Source of the DNA: Nitrospira sp.
Lineage (GTDB): Bacteria; Nitrospirota; Nitrospiria; Nitrospirales; Nitrospiraceae
Direction: 5' to 3'
Assembly: GCA_047150005.1 (NCBI GenBank)
Contig: AP038806.1
Coordinates: 448,001-512,000, forward strand
Length of the DNA: 64,000 nucleotides
In this document: piece by piece, positions 30,135 to 39,728 of the stretch
Numbering within the stretch: the first letter of the stretch is position 1
How the letters are laid out: each line of letters opens with the position of its first letter
The notes under the pieces: model-generated
Told to the model about the DNA's origin: nothing
Databases searched by the model: none
Seen by the model: only the letters and a program-made list of their open reading frames with translations
Program-made: the position numbers and the translations under genes

Positions 30135-31268
30135 TCAGGCCGCGGCCGGGTCGTTACTGATCTCGGCGTAGAACGCCTGGTAGGCATTGATCACGCTGGT
30201 GATGGAATAGCGGGACTGGATGCGCGCCCGAGCGGCGGTCCCCAAGGCAACCCGGGCGGCCGCATCCCGATCGATCAAGTTGATGACCGCGGAGGCCAGC
30301 GCCCTCGGATCCCTGGGCGGCACCACCAGACCGGTATTGTCAACGATCATTCTGGCATCGCCGACATCCGTCGTGACGCAGGGGACGCCGCAGGCCATAG
30401 CCTCGCCCAGCACGTTGGAGAATCCTTCGCCGAACGCGGAAGTGAGACAGGCGACGTCGGCTCCGGCGAAGAGACGGTCGATGTCGTGGCGCAATCCAAG
30501 GATATGGACATGGTCATCCAATCCGGCCCGCGCCACCTCCGAGCCCAGCATATGCGTCTGTTTGCCGGCCAGCAGGAAGTGTACCGTGGGACGGACCCTG
30601 ACGATCCTCTTGGCCGCCTCGAGGAACGTCGCGTGATCCTTCATCGGATCGCAGCGCGCAATCAGCGCCACGAGCTTGGCGTCCTTCTGCAAGGCCAGCT
30701 CGTCGCGCAGTTTGCGAGCCGCCACCGGGTCGGGACGGAACCGGTTCGTGTCGAATCCATTCGGGATATAGGCCCAGCGCCGCGGCCGGTAGCCGAACAT
30801 CTCGTGGATTCGTCTGCCGGCTTCACTATTGGTGACGATGGCCACGGGGATGCGCGAGCACCAGCAGAGCATCTGCCGCACACAACGGGTTTGGAACGGA
30901 TAGTACTTGAGCTGCATGTCCGAGCAGCGGATGTTCCACACGAGTCTGGTGGACTTAATGAAGCGGGCGGCGAGGAGGCTGATCAAATCGGCATGGTAGA
31001 GCCAGCTCTGCATGATGGTGGGCTGCGCCGCCCGCAACGACCGGATCAGCTTGGGCAGCGAGGCCATGTCGGGACGGCCGCGCTTCATGCCCAGCGAATG
31101 GACCGAGACGCCGGAGGACTCGATCCGATCCGCCAACTGCCCTCGGTCTGTCAGCGAGATGACGGTGTTGTGAAACCGCCCCCGGTCCATCCCGGTGACC
31201 AGCTGGGTGAGCATCATCTCGGCCCCGCCGACCTCGAGATTGGAAATGATATGGACGATGCGAATCAT
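30135..31268 (-). CDS. Glycosyltransferase family 4
   Basis: GGAEMML, DPMKDH and EGFSNVLGEAM motifs; paralog of 21270-22418. Confidence 0.92.
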   Translation of the reverse strand: MIRIVHIISNLEVGGAEMMLTQLVTGMDRGRFHNTVISLTDRGQLADRIESSGVSVHSLGMKRGRPDMASLPKLIRSLRAAQPTIMQSWLYHADLISLLAARFIKSTRLVWNIRCSDMQLKYYPFQTRCVRQMLCWCSRIPVAIVTNSEAGRRIHEMFGYRPRRWAYIPNGFDTNRFRPDPVAARKLRDELALQKDAKLVALIARCDPMKDHATFLEAAKRIVRVRPTVHFLLAGKQTHMLGSEVARAGLDDHVHILGLRHDIDRLFAGADVACLTSAFGEGFSNVLGEAMACGVPCVTTDVGDARMIVDNTGLVVPPRDPRALASAVINLIDRDAAARVALGTAARARIQSRYSITSVINAYQAFYAEISNDPAAA

Positions 31269-31506
31269 GCAAAATTGACGATAGCGGTTGCGTGCAATGG
31301 GCAACACTGGGGGAAACCCTTGACTCGTCGGATTTTCATCCGCGCGCGGCGCGACCGACTCGTCGCCGAATGGGGTGAGAATCGTGATGATTGTGCGGCG
31401 GACTGGGGAATCCCCTTGTGAGGGATTTCCGCAGGACTAACCCCGACATTGTCCGGAGCCGGGCACAGAGGAAACGGAAAGGCAAACGGACCACGTGCGA
31501 ACACGC

Positions 31507-32677
31507 TCACTTGAGCGAGCCGACGAGCGTGAGGGCGCTGAACGAGGATTCGACCAACCGGTCCAATCCAAAGTGCAGGACAATCCGCTCCCGGGCCGCA
31601 CCGCCCAGGCTCGCGCGCTCCGAACGGTCCACGGATAAGAGTCTCCGCCATGCGGAAACGAGTTCGTCACTCCGGTCCGGCGGCACGACGAGGCCTGTAT
31701 GTCCGACGATCCGCCTCGCGTCGCCCACGTCGGTCACCACGCAAGCGCGCCCGCAGGCCATCGCCTCGGCGACCGCGTTGGAGAACCCCTCACCATAGGA
31801 CGAGCTGGACGTCAGGAGATCGAGTCCATTGTAGACTTCCTCGATCGGATCATGCTCGTCCAACCAGCTGACCAGGCCGGCGAGTCCGAGCCGGTCGGCT
31901 TGCGCGCGCAGATTCTCCTTCAATCGCGCATTTCCGTCCCCGACGCAGACGAAACGAGCGTTCCCTCCGGCGGCGATCAATGAAGCGGCGGCCGTCAGGA
32001 AGGTCCGGTGGCCCTTCATCGGATCGATGCGTCCGATCAAGCCGATCGGCGGAACGTTATCTTCTATGCCATGGCTGAGACGGAACCGGCGGCCGGCCGC
32101 GGCATCCGGCTTGAACCGTTCCGTATCGATGCCGTTCGGGATGCACAGCATCTTCTCCGCAGGAAAACCCTGCGCCACGGCATACTCCAGCTCGCTCTCG
32201 GAATTCACGATGACAAGATCGCAGAACCGGGAGAGTCGCGACTCGAGCCGATAGAGCACCCGATAGAGCACCCGATCGAGCCATCCGTAGCGCCCCAAGT
32301 CCATGTTGCTCGCACGCCCCCCCCCACACGACTGTCAGGGACGGGACCGCCATCTTGGCCAGCAGCGCCAGAATGTTGCCTGTACCGAGATATCCGTGTA
32401 CCACGGCGGGACGAATTCGGCGGACCAGCCTCACCAGTCGGGTGAGGCACGGCAGCAGGTTCCACCGCGTCTGTTTATCGAGCGAAAACACAGGCGTGGC
32501 GGTCCGTTCGAGCTCGGCGTGCCAAGGACCGCCCTCGTAAAGAATCGCCACCGCGACGGAGACGTTCCGTTTCGCCAGGCTCCTCACCAACTCGACGAGT
32601 TGGCGCTGACTGCCGCCGCAATTGAGCGACCTGGTGAGGAAGAGCCACCGCACCGGTCGCTCTGCGGTCTTCCTCAT
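31507..32677 (-). pseudogene. Glycosyltransferase family 4 split by a +1 frameshift in a G9 tract
   Basis: ORFs 32057-32677 and 31507-32304 join at the C9 run at 32317-32325. G8 would give VVWGGRASNMDL, compared with IVWGLRASNVDL in the paralog at 24103. Confidence 0.85.
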
Positions 32678-32707
32678 GCGCTCGCTCGGATCGCCGATCC
32701 GCCGGCG

Positions 32708-34564
32708 CTAGACCGCCGAAAGGACTCGATCTCGACTTTTGCGAAGCCATAATTCCAGAATGAGCAGAGGCCAGACCCGGTAGATGGAAAAACAACCGGG
32801 GACCCGTTGCCGTTCGACCAATCGACGCAAGGCCGTTCGATCCGTGTGCCGGCCGAGCTGACCCGACGGCGACAGGATGAGGTCGTCAGCCAGGCTCAAC
32901 ATTTCGTCCCGGGACCAGGCGCTCGCGGGCAGGCCGAATCCCATCTTCTTTCTCATCACCCAGGGCTCGGGCACGTAGCGCGCGGCCAGCCGCTTCAGAA
33001 TCCGCTTGGTCTCCTGAGGCGCACGCCAGCAATCTGCAGCCGACAACGATTGGGCGAACTGCGCCACCTGGCGGTCGAGCAGCGGGCACCGCACTTCCAA
33101 CGATACCTGCATGCTCATCCGATCGACCTTTCCCAAGACGGCTCCGGGCAAATAGGTCGCCACGTCGAGATTGCGCATCCGATGGATCAAGGGCCGCGCC
33201 GGGTCATTCAATTGGTCTCGCCAAGCTTGGATCCGTTGCCAGAGCAGCGGCGAGAGTCCGCCGAGCAGATCAGCCACTTCCTCCGGCTGAAACATCAGCC
33301 ACCGGGGCGACAGATAAGCATCGGCCGGTTTGCTCCAGCGCCGCGCCCGGACGCTCCACCGGAGGCGGCCGAGCCAGTCCGCGGCGTCCAGCAACGTGTC
33401 GCGATACCGCCCATAGCCGCCGAACATTTCGTCGCCGCCGTCCCCGGACACGGCGACCGTGACGAACTGCCTCGTGTAGCGGCACAGAAGATAGGTCGGC
33501 AGACAGCTCGTATCGCCGTTCGGCTCGTCCAGCATCGAGGCGACATCCTCCACCAGCGCGACTGCATCGGGACTCACGAGCTGCTCGTGATGATCGGTTC
33601 CAAGATGGGCCGCAACCTGTCTGGCAAAGACATGTTCCGTATCCTCGGTGCCTTCGAAGCCGATGGAGAAGGTCTGGATCGGGCGTCCGAGTTCCCGCGT
33701 GATCATCGCGACGACCAGCGAGGAATCGACGCCTCCGGACAGAAACGCGCCCAGTGGCACATCGCTGATCAAACGTTTGTCCACCGCGTCCAGCACCAGA
33801 CGCCGCAAGACGGCTTCCCGGCTTTCGGCCGCCCTTGGCAGCAAGCTCGGCGCGTCGCGCGCGTCGAATGCCGCATAGGGCTGCACGAGAGGGTCGGCGG
33901 GGGATCGGCCTGAAAAATCCGCCGACAGATAGGAGCCGGGCGGCAGTTTCCTGGCGCTCCGGAAGATGGTCCAGGGCGCGGGGATATATTGCAGGAGCAG
34001 ATATAACGCCAGGGCATCCTCATCGATGTCGTCGTCGAATCCCGGCACGCAGCGCAGCGCCTGCAGTTCCGACGCGAACGCAAACCAGCCGGCTCCCGCC
34101 GCGTAGTACAGCGGTTTCTTTCCGAACGGATCCCGGGCCAACAAAAGCCGGCGCTGCGCGCGGTGCCAGCAACCGAAGGCAAACATCCCGTCGAGCTCGG
34201 CGAGCCGCCGCGGATCCAAGCCTTCGAACAGATGGGGCAGCACCTCCGTGTCGGTCCTGGAATGAAACCGGCGGCCCTGGCGCTCGAGCGATGCGCGGAT
34301 GGATTGATAGTTGTAGATTTCTCCGTTGAACGTGACGACCACCGAACCGTCCGGGTCGGACATCGGCTGCCGGCCCTCCACGGTCAAGTCCAGGATCGAA
34401 AGCCGCCGGTGCGCCAGAGCGCAGGACCCGTCCGTCTCGATCCAGAGACCGGCATCGTCCGGGCCCCGATGCACCATCGTCTCCCGCATCGCGGTGACGA
34501 TCTCCCGCAGCCGATGCGGTCCGAATCCCGCTCCGTGATCAATCAAGCCGGCTATGCCGCACAT
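32708..34564 (-). CDS. asnB: Asparagine synthase-like amidotransferase (second copy)
   Basis: MCGIAG, HRGPD, LSGGVDSS and SGDGGDE motifs. Confidence 0.92.
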   Translation of the reverse strand: MCGIAGLIDHGAGFGPHRLREIVTAMRETMVHRGPDDAGLWIETDGSCALAHRRLSILDLTVEGRQPMSDPDGSVVVTFNGEIYNYQSIRASLERQGRRFHSRTDTEVLPHLFEGLDPRRLAELDGMFAFGCWHRAQRRLLLARDPFGKKPLYYAAGAGWFAFASELQALRCVPGFDDDIDEDALALYLLLQYIPAPWTIFRSARKLPPGSYLSADFSGRSPADPLVQPYAAFDARDAPSLLPRAAESREAVLRRLVLDAVDKRLISDVPLGAFLSGGVDSSLVVAMITRELGRPIQTFSIGFEGTEDTEHVFARQVAAHLGTDHHEQLVSPDAVALVEDVASMLDEPNGDTSCLPTYLLCRYTRQFVTVAVSGDGGDEMFGGYGRYRDTLLDAADWLGRLRWSVRARRWSKPADAYLSPRWLMFQPEEVADLLGGLSPLLWQRIQAWRDQLNDPARPLIHRMRNLDVATYLPGAVLGKVDRMSMQVSLEVRCPLLDRQVAQFAQSLSAADCWRAPQETKRILKRLAARYVPEPWVMRKKMGFGLPASAWSRDEMLSLADDLILSPSGQLGRHTDRTALRRLVERQRVPGCFSIYRVWPLLILELWLRKSRDRVLSAV

Positions 34565-34603
34565 GAGACGTCTCCATCTGTCATAAATGTGCTCTCCCCG
34601 GAG

Positions 34604-36412
34604 CTATTGCCGGCGAAAGAGGGCGCGCCAGCATCGCACGGCCAACCGCAGGAGCCTCGGGTACCGGCCCAGGCGCAAGGCCACGCGGTACTCAAGACTC
34701 TGTTCGATCCCCTCGATGACCCGCTCCTGTTCGGTGATCCGCCGTTGATACTCGGCCGTCTCCTGCCGATGTTGCGCGATCTCGCGCTCCTGTTCCTGCA
34801 CCAGGGCACTCGACCGGGCCAGCATCCCCTCCAGCACGCGCACCGACGCCTCGCTTTGCCTGGTCAGCTCCCGGCAATCGCCGATCGTCTGTTCCTGTTC
34901 CAGCAAGCGGCGATCTTTCTCCGCGATCCATTGCTGCGCCGCATGGGATTCCTTCAACGCATGCCGGAGCGCAACGTCGCTGAACAGTCCCTGGAGCGCA
35001 AGGTCCTCAACGCGCCGCTCCTTTTCGACCAGCACGGCCTCCACCGCCTCGTCGCACCAGGGCCGCGGCGAGGCGTCGCGGCGGACCAGATAGATATTCG
35101 CCAATTCCGTCGAGTGCACGTCGTAGATCGGTGCGAGAGAATTCGCGAACCGCAGCGGCTCGAAACTCGGACGGACGACGTCGTGAAAGCGATAGCCGTG
35201 CTTCCAGAACTCGCGCACCCAGTTTTCGATCGGTAACGCGCCGTCTCCCGCGACCCCCGCTTCTCCCGGCGGGGTCGAACAGAACAGGACCGTGTCGCTG
35301 CAAGCCGCGCAGGATGCGACCAGATCCCGGCAAGACGTCCCGCGCAGATCGTGCTCGTCCGTGATAAGGAGACAGAGATCCACGCGGGCATCCGGACGAT
35401 AGGCCGAACGGTGATCGAACGCCTGCCAACGAAGCGGCCCGGCATTCGGTTGAATCGGCGGAGCTTCGGTGCCGACGCTCATCAGCTGCTCGACTCCGCA
35501 GCGGCTGAACTGCGCCAGCAGCCCGCCGTTGTCGGAGCCGAGACAGAGGACGCTGGCTGGCCGGCAGAGATTGTAGACGACGGCTGCGAGTTGCTCGACG
35601 AATCCCGGCTGCCCGAACAGTCCGGAGCCGACCGGCTGTTCGGTGGGCGCCGGAACGGATTCGCCCGAACGATCGGTCGCCTGTTCGATCACGCCGATCG
35701 CCTCGTAGAGGTCTGCATAGCGTCCGTGCCGGAACGTCAGGCCCGGCGTCTCGGCCAGAAACTGATAGACGGCCCGCCGCACGTTCGATCCCCAGCAGCC
35801 GATCACATCGTGCAGAACGATCCGGCCGCCGGGACGCAGATGAGGCCTCGCTAGACGCAGATCTTCGAGGACCGCGTCGCTGTAGTGCAGGCCGTCGATG
35901 AAGATAAGGTCGAACGGCCCGTACGACCGGCAGACATCCGGTCCGACGACCGGCGTCGTATGGGCCGGATCGGTCTTCGTCGAGGCAAAGGTCGCCGGCG
36001 TGGAAAACCCCCCGGCGTGAAACACGATTTTATGCGCCAACCCCAACCGCTCGGCCGCTTGGCGCGCGAGCGTTTGGGAGCGCACCGTCAGATCGGCTTC
36101 GCGACTGTTCGTCTGCATCGCCTGCAGTTCCACCTGCAGAGGAAAGTTGGGATCCACGGTGTGGATCACGGCACCCTCCCCTGTCTTGAACGCCATGGCC
36201 AGCGCCGACAACCCCACGAACGTCCCCACTTCGAGGAGACGCTGCGGAGCCGCCTCCTCGATCTCCGCCAGGAGTTGCCGGAGGTCGCGCCCTGGGAGCA
36301 CCCAATGGCTGACCAGCTCCCGCTGGTAGCCCAGGTCGCCATAGGTCGTCAGGAGCTGTTCGTACAGCTCGCCGAGTTCGATTGGCCTTCGCAGTTGGTT
36401 CATCAGGTCCAT
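34604..36412 (-). CDS. Methyltransferase with a second MTase-like domain and C-terminal coiled coil (WbdD-like chain terminator candidate)
   Basis: LEVGTFVGLS, FIDGLH and HDV (Methyltransf_24-like) motifs; Q/E-rich heptads; basic amphipathic C-terminal helix. Confidence 0.75.
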   Translation of the reverse strand: MDLMNQLRRPIELGELYEQLLTTYGDLGYQRELVSHWVLPGRDLRQLLAEIEEAAPQRLLEVGTFVGLSALAMAFKTGEGAVIHTVDPNFPLQVELQAMQTNSREADLTVRSQTLARQAAERLGLAHKIVFHAGGFSTPATFASTKTDPAHTTPVVGPDVCRSYGPFDLIFIDGLHYSDAVLEDLRLARPHLRPGGRIVLHDVIGCWGSNVRRAVYQFLAETPGLTFRHGRYADLYEAIGVIEQATDRSGESVPAPTEQPVGSGLFGQPGFVEQLAAVVYNLCRPASVLCLGSDNGGLLAQFSRCGVEQLMSVGTEAPPIQPNAGPLRWQAFDHRSAYRPDARVDLCLLITDEHDLRGTSCRDLVASCAACSDTVLFCSTPPGEAGVAGDGALPIENWVREFWKHGYRFHDVVRPSFEPLRFANSLAPIYDVHSTELANIYLVRRDASPRPWCDEAVEAVLVEKERRVEDLALQGLFSDVALRHALKESHAAQQWIAEKDRRLLEQEQTIGDCRELTRQSEASVRVLEGMLARSSALVQEQEREIAQHRQETAEYQRRITEQERVIEGIEQSLEYRVALRLGRYPRLLRLAVRCWRALFRRQ

Positions 36413-37398
36413 TGCAGGGGAGTACTCCGCGACCCGTCCGGCGCGGAAGCCGCACCGTGAGAGCCGTCAGGGCTCTGTTCTTCCTCTTGTCTTCTGAGAA
36501 AGATCCGACCGCCCACGACCCGCAATTCCTCGACCGAGAGGGACGCATATCGTGGTAATAGGCTCGGGCGGACGGCCTCGACGTAGGCGCCGTCGGCAAA
36601 ACAGTTGGGCTCGAAGCGGATCACGTCGAATCCCGCTTCCCCGAATGCCGCGCGGAACTCCGAGGGCCGGACGCGGTTCCCGCCACCTCCCTGTCCGTCG
36701 ACGAACGTGCGCGCGTACTTGTCGTCCGGCACGGCCAGAAAATCCAACGGACGCCGTTCGTTCGAATGATCGCGAAAATCGATCTGGTGAATGCCGACGC
36801 CGCCCGGACGGGTGACGCGCCACAACTCGACGCAGAGGTTCGGCACGTCCGCGACGTGCTCCAGCGCCGCATTGGAGACGATCGCGTCGAAGGAACCGCT
36901 CGCGAAGTCGATCAGGCCGGAGCCGAGATCTCCGCGCCCGGTTTCGATCACGTCGGTCGGATGCCGGCCTTCCTCGATGACCCGGTCGAGCACACGCAGG
37001 TCGAACTGCCGCTCGGCCGCCGCGAACTCTGTCCGCAGCAATCGGTAGAAGCGTGGATGGTAGGCCTCGTGCCATTCCACGAGATACTTGTCGAAGACGG
37101 CCACCCGAGCGCCCAACATGGCACAGACCAGGCCGGCACCGAAGTTGATGCCCGGTCCCAACTCAAGGACCGACAGCGACGAAAGATCCGGCGCCGGTCC
37201 GTCCGGCCTCCCCAGCTCGCGGGCGATGTTCTCGGCATATTCCCTGCCGCAGGCCACAGCGAACGACACCTCGTGCCTCAACTGGGCCTCGCTGTCCGTC
37301 CGCTTTGCATAGTATTCGTGGATACGCTCCCGCGGGACTGTGCCTCCGCGGAAGCGCCGATACACACGTGAGGGAATGGCCAACCAGGACGAGAGCAT
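36403..37398 (-). CDS. Class I SAM-dependent methyltransferase
   Basis: VLELGPG, SNAALEHV and HQIDFRDH motifs. Confidence 0.82.
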   Translation of the reverse strand: MLSSWLAIPSRVYRRFRGGTVPRERIHEYYAKRTDSEAQLRHEVSFAVACGREYAENIARELGRPDGPAPDLSSLSVLELGPGINFGAGLVCAMLGARVAVFDKYLVEWHEAYHPRFYRLLRTEFAAAERQFDLRVLDRVIEEGRHPTDVIETGRGDLGSGLIDFASGSFDAIVSNAALEHVADVPNLCVELWRVTRPGGVGIHQIDFRDHSNERRPLDFLAVPDDKYARTFVDGQGGGGNRVRPSEFRAAFGEAGFDVIRFEPNCFADGAYVEAVRPSLLPRYASLSVEELRVVGGRIFLRRQEEEQSPDGSHGAASAPDGSRSTPLQWT

Positions 37399-37401
37399 GG
37401 G

Positions 37402-38772
37402 TCACCCGTCCCGCCGGTGAAATCGTTGAAGGTCGGCGCGTCCGCGCAGATGCGCCTCGAGCATGCGCGCCCAAATGCCGTGTGCGATTTCGTTCGGATG
37501 ACCTTCCCACCGGCTCACGGCCAGATTCTCCCCGTCGTACCGCCGATAGTACGGGTCCGTGTCGATAACAGTCATGCCGGCCGCCGCGAGGTGGCGCTCG
37601 GCCGCCAGCGTGATGGAACGACCGCGCGAATTCGCCAGAGGAAACTGATCGAGCACCATCGTCACGACCGGAGGCAACCCCTGCGACAAGACGTAGGCAT
37701 TCATGGCCGACACGTCCGCCGCAAACCGCCCCTGATAGTTCCGAAAATCCTTGAGAATGTCGTCGAAGAAATCCGCCCGATACCCCATCCGCATGAGCGC
37801 CGCGTTGTATCCGTCGCTCATGAGGCGGATCAGGCGACTGCGCGAAGCCAACTCCCGCTTGAACCAATCGGGCAACGGCAGGGCCAAGGCGTCGTTGACC
37901 GCGTATTGCCCGACCCCTGCCGGGAGAAAATCGTTGTGACAGACCCCGTAGATCACGAGATCCGGCCGCAGGCGAGGCGCGAACTCGAGCACCCGATTCC
38001 GCACGTCCTCGCTCTGCATCCCGTCGGATCCGAGGTTGAGCACCTCAACCGCATAGTCCTGTTCCAGCAGCTGCTGCAACAGAGCGGAATAGGTGTGCCG
38101 CGCCTCGACACCGTCGCCGTACGTGAGGCTGTCTCCCACGATCGCGATGCGGAAGCGGTTCGGCAGTTTGGCCTCAAACTCAGACGTCCGGCGCATGCCG
38201 TTGGCGTCATAAACGTGCAGCACTCCATGCCACACCGCGGCTCTCGCCGCCCCTTCAACCGTGGTCTGACGCCGCTCCCATTCCTGCGGCATCGTCATCA
38301 CCGACTGGCGGTGACGGGCCTGATCCACGAGCTCCGCCGACACGGGAATCGCGGCGGCCGCGAGCAGTCCTTTGAGCCGTGAATCATCGGACACCGGTTC
38401 TTCGGTCCGGGCGTGCTTCGCGTCTTGCGAAGTCGACACAGCGATGGCGTTCGACTGCTCGTGCCAGCCAAGGAACGCTTCCCCAGCCGTCAGAGCCAGC
38501 GCGACCGACAGCACCACCAATATCCATTCGACGGCCCGCGGGGATTGCGACTGGAATCCGGCCAGCCGGCGGACCGCGCGAGTCGTGACGTGACCGGCCC
38601 AGCAGAGCGCCGCCACAACGCAGCCGAGAGCCGCCCAGAACATCGGGCCTCGGGCGGTCAGAAGCCATAGCCCCGCGGCAGCCGGCGCCGCGAGGGCTGC
38701 AAGCGACGTCAAGACGTCGGCTCCGGCCATCCGGTCGTCCGGCCTCACAGCCCTGTACCCGGTCCGCATCAT
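37402..38772 (-). CDS. Membrane-anchored SGNH/GDSL hydrolase family protein
   Basis: Three TM segments; VGDSLTYG, VLNLG, HND and EGHPN motifs. ATGA overlap with the upstream stop. Confidence 0.82.
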   Translation of the reverse strand: MMRTGYRAVRPDDRMAGADVLTSLAALAAPAAAGLWLLTARGPMFWAALGCVVAALCWAGHVTTRAVRRLAGFQSQSPRAVEWILVVLSVALALTAGEAFLGWHEQSNAIAVSTSQDAKHARTEEPVSDDSRLKGLLAAAAIPVSAELVDQARHRQSVMTMPQEWERRQTTVEGAARAAVWHGVLHVYDANGMRRTSEFEAKLPNRFRIAIVGDSLTYGDGVEARHTYSALLQQLLEQDYAVEVLNLGSDGMQSEDVRNRVLEFAPRLRPDLVIYGVCHNDFLPAGVGQYAVNDALALPLPDWFKRELASRSRLIRLMSDGYNAALMRMGYRADFFDDILKDFRNYQGRFAADVSAMNAYVLSQGLPPVVTMVLDQFPLANSRGRSITLAAERHLAAAGMTVIDTDPYYRRYDGENLAVSRWEGHPNEIAHGIWARMLEAHLRGRADLQRFHRRDG

Positions 38773-39728
38773 CTCTGTTTCCGTCCCCACATGTGATAGG
38801 CGCACTTGTGCGGCTCGTCCCGATTGAGCATCACGACGTCCGTGAAGCCTTCGGCCAGATACCACTCACGGATCACGTCCTCTTCGATGGTCCAATTGAA
38901 GAAGGTATTGAGCATGTCGAACAGATTGATCGCATTCTCCGGCCGATCGGCGATTTCGTACGCGTATCGCAGTCGCTCCTCCATGGTCGCCAGCTGCCGG
39001 TGATAGTGCCGGCGGCTTTCGAGCACGAACGGAGAGTTGTGGTAGGTCGGGGCATAGACCATCGCGTAGAGCTCCCCGCCCGGCCGGACGGTCCGCGCCA
39101 CGTTCGTGAACGCCAGCTTGGGGTCGTGCGTGCACATCATGACGCCCCAGCAGAGCGTGAAGTCGAAAGCGCCGTGCAGATCCGGCCGTCGCTCCAGGAT
39201 GTCGAACAGGTTCAGCGACTCGACGTCCTCGTTGAAGCGGCGCGTCGACCGAATGGCGTGCCGAGACACGTCCGCAGATTTCACCGTGGCGCCGAGGGCC
39301 AGCAACGCGCGGGTCCAGCGACCGGCGCCGCAACCGATGTCCAAACAACGTTTGCCGTGAAAATGATCGACGGCGAATTTCGGATGCAGATAGAGGCGCC
39401 CGCCGATTGCGCGCCGCTGCTCTTCCCGCCGTCTCCGGCCGAGCCGGCGCACCACTGGAAGCCACAGGCCGTACCGGCGGCGGCCCAGCAGGTCCTTCAC
39501 CCCGGTCAATTCGAAGATGCGGTCGTCGACGTAGGGATCGCTCGTCTCCACACCCGTGTGACGGCAGAACCCGACGCGCCGCTCCAGGAACAACCGCCAC
39601 TGGTCGTCGAACTGGTCGCCGTATTCGACCGGTTGGTACTGGCCGCAGTATTCGTCGCGCCAGACGATACGATGGTGATCGAAATGCGGATTGGCGGGCC
39701 GGATCTGCGCCGCGGACACGGTGATCAT
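38769..39728 (-). CDS. Class I SAM-dependent methyltransferase
   Basis: LDIGCGAGRW and CWGV motifs; ATGA-coupled start. Confidence 0.82.
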   Translation of the reverse strand: MITVSAAQIRPANPHFDHHRIVWRDEYCGQYQPVEYGDQFDDQWRLFLERRVGFCRHTGVETSDPYVDDRIFELTGVKDLLGRRRYGLWLPVVRRLGRRRREEQRRAIGGRLYLHPKFAVDHFHGKRCLDIGCGAGRWTRALLALGATVKSADVSRHAIRSTRRFNEDVESLNLFDILERRPDLHGAFDFTLCWGVMMCTHDPKLAFTNVARTVRPGGELYAMVYAPTYHNSPFVLESRRHYHRQLATMEERLRYAYEIADRPENAINLFDMLNTFFNWTIEEDVIREWYLAEGFTDVVMLNRDEPHKCAYHMWGRKQR

